Source of the DNA: Actinomycetes bacterium
GTDB lineage: Bacteria; Actinomycetota; Actinomycetes; Actinomycetales; Cellulomonadaceae
Direction: 5' to 3'
DNA length: 37,802 nt
Assembly: GCA_023460255.1 (NCBI GenBank)
Contig: JAEWQZ010000141.1
Span: 1 to 37,802, forward strand
Position 1 is the first letter of the stretch. Each line of letters begins with the position of its first letter. The translations under genes and the position numbers were made by a program. The notes under the pieces are model-generated. The model was not told the origin of the DNA, did not search any database, and saw nothing but the letters and a program-made list of their open reading frames with translations. Positions 1-6,286 of this stretch are shown here, piece by piece.

Positions 1-2
1 CC

Positions 3-149
3 GTATGGGGCGGCGCCTGGGTCGGGGACGAGCACCTCGTCGACGTGCACGTGCTGCACGTGCGGCAGAAGCTCGGTGACACGGTCGACCAGCAGCGGTA
101 CGTGCGCACGGTGCGCGGGGTGGGCTATCGCATCGGGACAGGCGCGTGA
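3..149 (+). CDS. OmpR/PhoB-family response regulator, C-terminal winged-helix fragment (5' end outside window); CopR-like
   Basis: Own translation from position 3: VWGGAWVGDEHLVDVHVLHVRQKLGDTVDQQRYVRTVRGVGYRIGTGA*. Matches the VDVHV..LRxKL...TVRGVGY winged-helix signature. Stop overlaps the kinase start (GTGA, 146-149). Confidence 0.92.
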   Translation, partial: VWGGAWVGDEHLVDVHVLHVRQKLGDTVDQQRYVRTVRGVGYRIGTGA

Positions 150-1273
150 GCGTGGTGCGGGGCGGGGGGCTCGCCCGTCGGCTGCTGGCCGCGCTCGCCC
201 TGGTCCTGGCCACCGCCGCGCTGACGGCGTGGCTCGTTGCGGGCGCCGTGGGTCCGTACATCTTCCACGACCACCTCATATACGAGGGCACCCGAACCGC
301 GGAGGAGGCCGTCGCACACGCCGAGGCCGCGTTCCGGACAGCCAGCGGACTCGCACTCTCGATCGCACTCGGGACCGCGGTCGTGGCCGCGCTGACAGTG
401 AGCCTCGTCCTGACGCGGCGCATCGGCACATCGTTGGCGGCACTGACGAGCGCCACGCGGCAGGTCGCCGGTGGCCGCTACGAGGCGCGCGTCCCCACGC
501 CCAACATGGGCCACGAGTTCGAGGAGCTGGTGGACGCGTTCAACCAGATGGCAGCCCGGCTCGAGTCCAGCGAGCGGTTGCGGCACAGGCTCCTCGCCGA
601 CGTCGCGCACGAGGTCCGGACTCCTGTCGCCACACTCACCGCCTACCTCGAAGGGCTCGAGGACGGCATCACGGAGCTGACTCCAGAGACCGTCGCCCTC
701 CTCCGCGCGCAGGGCACGCGTCTGACGAGGCTCTCGGAGGATCTCGCGGCGGTCACGAAGGCCGAGAGCGGCGAGCTCCACCTCTCCATGGTCGAGACGT
801 CGCCGGCGGAGGTGCTCCGTCTGGCGCATCTCGCCGGCCGTGACCGCGCCGCCGCAGCGGCGGTGGACCTCGACCTCGACGCACCGGCCCCGACGCTGCC
901 CCCGATCGCCGTCGATCCCGATCGCATCGCCCAGGTGCTGGGGAACCTCGTGGACAACGCACTGCGGCACACCCCCGCGGGCGGCCGCGTGACTCTCTCC
1001 GCGGCCCGGGTGCGCGACGGGGTGGCCATGACGGTCGCGGACACCGGCGAGGGGATCGCAGCCGAGCACCTCCCCCACCTCTTCGAGCGCTTCTACCGGG
1101 CCGACACGGCGCGGGACCGTCACAGCGGCGGCTCCGGGGTCGGCCTGGCGATCACCAAGGCGATCGTCGAGGCGCACGGCGGAAGCGTCCGCGCGCAGAG
1201 CCCGGGCAGGGGCCGGGGCTCCCGCTTCGTCGTGACCTTGCCGGTCAGCGCTCCGGAACGAACGGCTCGCTGA
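146..1273 (+). CDS. Membrane sensor histidine kinase (2 TM, HAMP, HisKA, HATPase); CopS/BaeS-like
   Basis: H-box ADVAHEVRTP, N-box LGNLVDNALRH, G1 DTGEGI, F-box FERFYR, G2 GSGVGLAI; HAMP ending FNQMAARL; short His-containing outer loop. Confidence 0.95.
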   Translation: MSVVRGGGLARRLLAALALVLATAALTAWLVAGAVGPYIFHDHLIYEGTRTAEEAVAHAEAAFRTASGLALSIALGTAVVAALTVSLVLTRRIGTSLAALTSATRQVAGGRYEARVPTPNMGHEFEELVDAFNQMAARLESSERLRHRLLADVAHEVRTPVATLTAYLEGLEDGITELTPETVALLRAQGTRLTRLSEDLAAVTKAESGELHLSMVETSPAEVLRLAHLAGRDRAAAAAVDLDLDAPAPTLPPIAVDPDRIAQVLGNLVDNALRHTPAGGRVTLSAARVRDGVAMTVADTGEGIAAEHLPHLFERFYRADTARDRHSGGSGVGLAITKAIVEAHGGSVRAQSPGRGRGSRFVVTLPVSAPERTAR

Positions 1274-1529
1274 CCCGCTGGGACGGGACGTCAGCGCCCT
1301 GCCTGTGGCAGCCGGCCGCCTGATCGCCAGACTGGCCGCCGTGCTGGCGACCGCCGGATGACTGACGACCCATGGACCACATCACGCCGATCATGCCCAG
1401 CAGGCACGCCAGGAGCAGACCCCACGTGACGGCCTGCTGCCAACCGACGCCGAACACGATGGCCAGCAGCGCGACGCCCGCCCCGCCGATCAGCATGTGC
1501 GTCCCGTGGGCCTTCATGTGACCGTTCAT
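1245..1529 (-). CDS. Small membrane protein, DUF2933-like
   Basis: MNGHMKAHGTHMLIGG...GLLLACLLGMIGVMWSM: two hydrophobic segments and an LLAC..M...M..M pattern. ATG overlaps the upstream stop (ATGA 1526-1529), with AGGAAGG upstream. Confidence 0.6.
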   Translation of the reverse strand: MNGHMKAHGTHMLIGGAGVALLAIVFGVGWQQAVTWGLLLACLLGMIGVMWSMGRQSSGGRQHGGQSGDQAAGCHRQGADVPSQRVSEPFVPER

Positions 1530-1765
1530 CGGGGTTCCCTTCCTGCGGCCTCGAGGCCGTCGAGCTCGTCGCGGATGAGTCGGTACGTCTCCGGGTCGAT
1601 GTCGCCCCGGGCGAGGCGCGCGTCGAGCGTGGCCCGGGCACTCCCGCCGGACTGGACCGGGAACAGTCGCGAGATCGCCCAGATGGCCAGGGCCACGATC
1701 ACCAGCCAGAACGCCACCATCCCGGCCCACCCGCCGACGCCCATCTGGCCACACCAGGGACCCAT
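1526..1765 (-). CDS. SHOCT-domain small membrane protein
   Basis: MGPWCGQMGVGGWAGMVAFWLVIVALAIWAI...ARATLDARLARGDIDPETYRLIRDEL: one TM plus SHOCT motif; GAGGAG RBS before ATG 1765. Confidence 0.85.
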   Translation of the reverse strand: MGPWCGQMGVGGWAGMVAFWLVIVALAIWAISRLFPVQSGGSARATLDARLARGDIDPETYRLIRDELDGLEAAGREPR

Positions 1766-1840
1766 GGCGCACTCCTCACCGCTCGACACCTCGACCGCCG
1801 CGTCGTTGTCGGCGCTGGCAGCAACGGTGCATCGGCGGGG

Positions 1841-1879
1841 TCAAGAACCGACGCCGGAACGATGAAGAGTCGCTGAAGA
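1841..1879 (-). promoter_or_regulatory. CopR-type direct-repeat box 1 (TGAAGA-N5-TGAAGA plus in-phase TCAAGA half-site)
   Basis: TGAAGA at 1863 and 1874 (11-bp period) and TCAAGA at 1841 (22 bp away), upstream of the minus-strand SHOCT/DUF2933 pair. Confidence 0.7.
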
Positions 1880-2165
1880 CCTGGCCCGGACGGCCCTCGG
1901 GCCCTGACGTCGTGCTGCCGCGGCGGCCTACCGCGGCCTGTCCCGGCTGCTCAGCCGGCGGGCGCTCCGCCCCGCTGCTGCAGGGGGCTCCGGGCTCGGC
2001 TGTCTGCTCGCCCTGGACGTAGCGGATGAGGAGGCGTCGAACGGTTCGTCATCGACGGCGTCCAGCTCGAGCCGCACGCCCCACGCCGTCGCGCCGGATC
2101 CCTTCGACGAAGTGCCCATCACCCTCAGCGAGGTCGACCAAGACTCACGTCGCGTTCATGGCCGG

Positions 2166-2182
2166 CGAAGATCCGACGAAGA
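2166..2182 (-). promoter_or_regulatory. CopR-type direct-repeat box 2 (CGAAGA-N5-CGAAGA)
   Basis: CGAAGAtccgaCGAAGA, 11-bp period, immediately after the ATPase stop; same strand as boxes 1 and 3. Confidence 0.45.
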
Positions 2183-2184
2183 CC

Positions 2185-4602
2185 TCAGGCCAGGGTCTCC
2201 GCCGGCACCGCCGGGCGGGCCAAGTCCGGTGACGCGGGCAGCCGCAGCCGCTTGAGGAGCAGCGCGTTCACCGCCACGATCACCGACGAGCCCGACATCG
2301 ACAGTGCGGCGATCTCCGGGCTCAGCGAGATTCCGAAGGACGGCTCGAAGATGCCGGCGGCGATCGGTAGGGCGATCGCGTTGTAGCCGATCGCCCAGCC
2401 GAGGTTCTGCCGCATCTTGCGGAGCGTGCCCCGCCCGATCCGCAGCGCCACCGGCACGTCGAGCGGGTCGGAGCGCATGAGCACCACGTCGGCCGTCTCG
2501 ATGGCCACGTCGGTGCCGGCCCCGATCGCGATGCCGATGTCAGCCGTGGCCAGGGCAGGCGCGTCGTTCACGCCGTCGCCGACCATCGCGACCCTCTTGC
2601 CCGACCGCTGGAGCTCGGCGACCTTCTCGGCCTTGTCGCCGGGCAGGACCTCGGCGATGACGGTGTCGATCCCGAGCTGGCCGGCGATCCGGCGGGCGGT
2701 GGCCTCGTTGTCGCCGGTGAGCATGGCAACCTCGACGCCCAGGGCGTGCAGCGCCTCGACGGCGGCCGCTGCGGTGTCACGGGCGGCGTCCGCCATCGCG
2801 ACGACGGCGACTGCGCGCCCGTCGACGGCGGCCAGAACTGCCGTGCGGCCGGCGCCGGCCAGGCGGTCCCGCTCGGCGGCGAGGTCGCCCAGGTCGACGT
2901 CCAGCGTGGCCATCAGCGTGCGGTTCCCGACGACGACGCGGCGGCCGTCGACGGTGGCCTCAGCGCCGTGCCCGGCGACGGCCCGGAAGTCGGTCGCGCG
3001 CAGCCGGGCCACGCCCTCCCGCTCCGCGCGGGCGACGACGGCGCGCGCCAGCGGGTGTTCCGACTCGCGCTCGACGGCCGCGACGAGGGCGAGGATCTCG
3101 GCCTTGTCGGCGCCCGGCGCGACGACGACGTCCGTGACCTCGGGGGCGCCCCTGGTGAGGGTGCCGGTCTTGTCCATGACGACCGTGTCGATGCGTGCGG
3201 AGGCCTCGAGCGCCGTGGCGTTCCTGAACAAGACGCCCCGGCGGGCGCCCAGCCCGGTGCCGACCATGATCGCCGTCGGCGTGGCCAGACCGAGCGCGTC
3301 CGGGCAGGTGATGACGACGACGGTGATGGCGAAGAGCATGGCCGTCGGGACGGAAGCGCCGGCGAGCCACCAGGCCGCGAACGTGCCGGTGCCGCCGATG
3401 AGGGCGACGAAGACGAGCCAGAACGCGGCGCGGTCCGCCAGGCGCTGCCCGGGGGCCTTCGAGTTCTGCGCCTCCTGGACGATTGCGACGATCTGCGCCA
3501 GGGCGGTGTCCTCACCGACCTTGACCGCGCGGGCCCGCAGCGTCCCGCTGACGTTGAGCGAGGCTCCGATGAGGCCGTCACCCGGGGCCTTCGCCACCGG
3601 CAGGCTCTCGCCGGTGACCATGGACTCGTCGGCCTCGGACTCCCCTTCGACGACGACAGCATCGACGGGCACCTTCGCCCCCGGTCGGATGAGCAGCGTG
3701 TCGCCGACGAGGACCTCTGCCGTGGGCACCTCGTGCTCGACGCCGTCCCGCAGCACGACGGCGCGCGGCGGCGCCAGCTCCAGGAGCGTCCGGACGGCGT
3801 CGTTCGCGCCCCCACGGGCGCGCATCTCGAACCAGTGGCCCAGCAGCACGAACGTCGTCAGCACGGACGCGGCCTCGTAGAACACCTCGCCGCCCCCGGT
3901 GAGCGTCACGCCCACGCTGTACAGCCAACCGGTGCCGACCGCCACGGCGACCAGGACCATCATGTCCAGCGTCCGGGCGCGCAGGGCGCGGTAGGCGCCG
4001 TCGAAGAAGATCCACGCGGAGTAGAAGACGACGGGCAGCGACAGGACGAGCATGAACACGTCGTCGCGCAGTCCGAGGGGTGCCGCGGCGGTGAACCCGA
4101 GGAAGTCGCGGCCGATCATCGAGTAGAGGGTGATCGGGACGGACAGGAGCGCGGCGACCAGGAACCTGTTGCGCATGTCGCGGACCATGTCCGCCATCGA
4201 GCCGCCGCCGTGGTGCCCCCCGTGGCCCATGGCCTCGTAGGGCGACGGCGTGCCCGTCGCGTGCGCCGCTCCGTGGCGCTCGTGCTCCGCGTGCTCGTCG
4301 CCGTGCCGGTGCCCGGGCGGAGCGGGACGGCCCGCCGGCTCGGCCTCGGGTTCGCTCATGGCGTCGCAGACGTGGTGAGGCACCGAGCGTCCGGAGCAGT
4401 GATACCCGCACGCCTCGACCCACGCCGTGAGCTCGGTCATCGTGGTGACGTCGGCGTCGAAGGTGACGGTGGCGGTCTGGGCCACGGCGTTCGCCTCGAC
4501 ACCGAGGACGCCTGGACGTCGGCCCAGCGCCCGTTCCACCGCGGGCGTCGACGTCGCCCAGTGCTGCCCGCCTACCCGAAGTACGACTCGCCGCTCATCC
4601 AT
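2185..4602 (-). CDS. Heavy-metal (probably copper) translocating P1B-type ATPase with CPD motif
   Basis: TGES, ITCPDALGLATP, DKTGT, SEHPLA, TGDN, GDGVNDAP, GYN and MSGSS motifs; N-terminal HMA-like domain and His-rich linker; GAGGAGG RBS before ATG 4602. Confidence 0.95.
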   Translation of the reverse strand: MDERRVVLRVGGQHWATSTPAVERALGRRPGVLGVEANAVAQTATVTFDADVTTMTELTAWVEACGYHCSGRSVPHHVCDAMSEPEAEPAGRPAPPGHRHGDEHAEHERHGAAHATGTPSPYEAMGHGGHHGGGSMADMVRDMRNRFLVAALLSVPITLYSMIGRDFLGFTAAAPLGLRDDVFMLVLSLPVVFYSAWIFFDGAYRALRARTLDMMVLVAVAVGTGWLYSVGVTLTGGGEVFYEAASVLTTFVLLGHWFEMRARGGANDAVRTLLELAPPRAVVLRDGVEHEVPTAEVLVGDTLLIRPGAKVPVDAVVVEGESEADESMVTGESLPVAKAPGDGLIGASLNVSGTLRARAVKVGEDTALAQIVAIVQEAQNSKAPGQRLADRAAFWLVFVALIGGTGTFAAWWLAGASVPTAMLFAITVVVITCPDALGLATPTAIMVGTGLGARRGVLFRNATALEASARIDTVVMDKTGTLTRGAPEVTDVVVAPGADKAEILALVAAVERESEHPLARAVVARAEREGVARLRATDFRAVAGHGAEATVDGRRVVVGNRTLMATLDVDLGDLAAERDRLAGAGRTAVLAAVDGRAVAVVAMADAARDTAAAAVEALHALGVEVAMLTGDNEATARRIAGQLGIDTVIAEVLPGDKAEKVAELQRSGKRVAMVGDGVNDAPALATADIGIAIGAGTDVAIETADVVLMRSDPLDVPVALRIGRGTLRKMRQNLGWAIGYNAIALPIAAGIFEPSFGISLSPEIAALSMSGSSVIVAVNALLLKRLRLPASPDLARPAVPAETLA

Positions 4603-4623
4603 CAGGACCTCCTCGTGGAGCGA

Positions 4624-4638
4624 TACCCCTGGGGGGTA
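4624..4638. promoter_or_regulatory. CsoR/RicR-type copper repressor operator
   Basis: TACCC-CTGGG-GGGTA fits the TACCC-N5-GGGTA palindrome, about 20 bp upstream of the ATPase start. Confidence 0.75.
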
Positions 4639-4682
4639 CCCATGCAACCACGGTGCAGGCGCGAGTCATACCCGCTGGCTCA

Positions 4683-4699
4683 TCAAGGTTCGATGAAGA
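4683..4699 (-). promoter_or_regulatory. CopR-type direct-repeat box 3
   Basis: TCAAGGttcgaTGAAGA, 11-bp period, upstream of the ATPase. Confidence 0.6.
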
Positions 4700-4734
4700 C
4701 ACCGGCTCCGCGGCGTCACCCACCCATGTGGGCG

Positions 4735-4944
4735 TCACCGGCCCATGTGACCGGGGCCCATCATGTCGTCGCCGTCGACGTCGTCCAACATGTCGTCGGC
4801 GCCGCGGCCGCCCATCGCGCTGCCGGGGCCGACGTCGCGGTCATGCGCGCGGTGCATGCCGGCCAGACCCTCGGCGGCTCCCGCCTGGTCGCGGTGGTGC
4901 GTGCGGTGCATCGACGCCATCGCGGACCACGACATGTCGTGCAC
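4735..4944 (-). pseudogene. His/Met-rich ORF; probable 3' remnant of a metal-binding protein gene, or an intact small protein
   Basis: 69 aa containing 10 Met (including the GTG start) and 7 His; no clear RBS; the frame stays open upstream without a canonical start. Confidence 0.45.
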
Positions 4945-5063
4945 GCTGTCGGGGCCTGCCTCCGGGCAGGTCCTGATCTTGCCGCCGTCACTCCCTCGCA
5001 GTCGGTGACGGACCAGCCGCCCGCGGGGGTGGGAACCGGCACGGGGGCCGCCAGTGCCGGGGC

Positions 5064-5264
5064 GCCGCCGACGGCCGGGCCATGGTCGTCGTCACCCATG
5101 AGGTCCAGTCCGCCCGCGATGTCGCCCTCCGCGTCGACATCCTCGACGAGGGCGCCGTCGTCGAGGAGGGAACGGCACACCAGGTGCTCACCGCACCGGC
5201 CTAGGAGCGCACACGGCCCTTCACCCGGCGCCATCTTCATCCGCTCTGCGTTCGCGGGCTCTGA
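5064..5264 (+). pseudogene. C-terminal fragment of an amino-acid ABC transporter ATP-binding subunit (GlnQ-like)
   Basis: Own translation: AADGRAMVVVTHEVQSARDVALRVDILDEGAVVEEGTAHQVLTAPA*ERTRPF. Contains the H-loop VVVTHE and the GlnQ-like tail, with an in-frame TAG at 5202. No Walker A/B. Confidence 0.75.
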
Positions 5265-5280
5265 CGTTCGCGGGCTCTGA
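5249..5280. repeat. Perfect 16-bp tandem duplication
   Basis: CGTTCGCGGGCTCTGA occurs at 5249-5264 and 5265-5280. Confidence 0.9.
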
Positions 5281-5295
5281 CCTTCCACGCGCGGA

Positions 5296-5334
5296 CCTTC
5301 ATGAGGTCTTCATCGCACCATGACCCATCCTTCG
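5296..5334 (+). promoter_or_regulatory. CopR-type direct-repeat box 4 plus in-phase half-site
   Basis: CCTTCAtgaggTCTTCA at 5296/5307 (reverse strand TGAAGAcctcaTGAAGG) and CCTTCG at 5329, upstream of the plus-strand SHOCT gene. Confidence 0.7.
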
Positions 5335-5381
5335 CCTTGGTGGAGCGATCCTTGCGTCGACGAGCTGAGAGGAGCACGGCG

Positions 5382-5603
5382 ATGATGAGCTGGGGCTTCG
5401 GCATGGGCGCCGGGATGTGGGTCTCCTGGATCCTCCTGACCCTGGTGATGGCGCTCATCGTCCTGCTGGTCCTGCGCGCCAGCACCCCGTCTGGCCGCCC
5501 CGCCGAGCCGCCCACCGCCTCCGAGATCCTCGCGGAGCGCTATGCCCGCGGCGGAATCAGCACCGAAGAGTACGAGGACCGGCTGAGCCACCTCTCCTCC
5601 TGA
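5382..5603 (+). CDS. SHOCT-domain small membrane protein
   Basis: MMSWGFGMGAGMWVSWILLTLVMALIVLLVLR...ASEILAERYARGGISTEEYEDRL; GAGGAG RBS. Confidence 0.88.
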   Translation: MMSWGFGMGAGMWVSWILLTLVMALIVLLVLRASTPSGRPAEPPTASEILAERYARGGISTEEYEDRLSHLSS

Positions 5604-5684
5604 GAGCCGCGCCGCTGCGCTGCCCGCCTGGTAGGCGGGCTGCGCCGGCGAGCGTCTCGCCGACGCACAGGGGGCATGCGGTCA

Positions 5685-6087
5685 GGCGAGGGTGCACGCG
5701 CCGCGATAGCCCGCCGACCACGACGGCACAGGCTCGACCCCGTCCCACTCCAGTCGCCACACGATCCGCGAGGGACCCGACGCCGGATGCGCCCGCCGCC
5801 GGCATACCGACGCAACCAGTCATGGACCGTCTGCCGGGCGACCCCGTTGCGCCGGGCGACCACCGCCTGATACCGCTGCTCCACCACACCGAGCTCCACC
5901 AGCACGACCGGCCCCTCTCGCCCGCGACCCCCTCGTCACGACGAGCGAAGCCCACACCCGCACCACCCGGAAGGAGCACGAGTGTCAGGCAGGAACCGGA
6001 ACCACTGTCGCCCACCTACCGGAACCGCGTCCGCAACCTGTCAGGCAGGAACCGGAACCGAGATGTCCACCGTCTACCGAAGTCCCA
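5685..6087 (-). mobile_element. IS481-family insertion sequence remnant (left end plus degenerate transposase N-terminus)
   Basis: From GTG 5905: MLVELGVVEQRYQAV-VARRNGVARQTVHDWLRRY (HTH, apparently with an internal deletion), then out-of-frame SLADR and RRVHPR pieces; repeated end motifs at 5983-6087. Confidence 0.75.
5983..6084. repeat. Four ~21-bp direct repeats (putative transposase binding sites)
   Basis: TGTCAGGCAGGAACCGGAACC at 5983 and 6039 (identical); variants TGTCGCCCACCTACCGGAACC at 6006 and TGTCCACCGTCTACCGAAGTC at 6064. Confidence 0.8.
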
Positions 6088-6137
6088 TATGGACCGCGAC
6101 CCGACGCGGCTCCGCTCAGAGTTCCGTGGCAAGCCGA

Positions 6138-6167
6138 AGGCCCGCCCCGCCGAAGCGGTGCGGGCCT
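6138..6167 (-). terminator. Hairpin terminator downstream of tRNA-Pro
   Basis: Minus strand AGGCCCGCACCGC-TTCG-GCGGGGCGGGCCT: 13-bp stem with one mismatch. Confidence 0.65.
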
Positions 6168-6186
6168 CTGACCTGCGACATCACTG

Positions 6187-6260
<74 letters not shown>

Positions 6261-6286
6261 TTCGGCCCTTGCGAGCCGTCAGCATG

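Noticed and set aside
2417..5280. Long plus-strand ORFs (487 and 844 aa) opposite the ATPase
   Set aside because: Antisense shadow frames typical of high-GC DNA, with no recognisable motifs.
5983..6084. Repeat array as a mini-CRISPR
   Set aside because: Gaps are only 2-12 bp, the repeats are degenerate, no cas genes are present, and a transposase remnant is adjacent.
6168..6177. CTGACCTGCG next to the tRNA as an integrase arm site; same 10-mer near 28985
   Set aside because: Too short to support, and the second copy is part of a small hairpin at the whiA stop.
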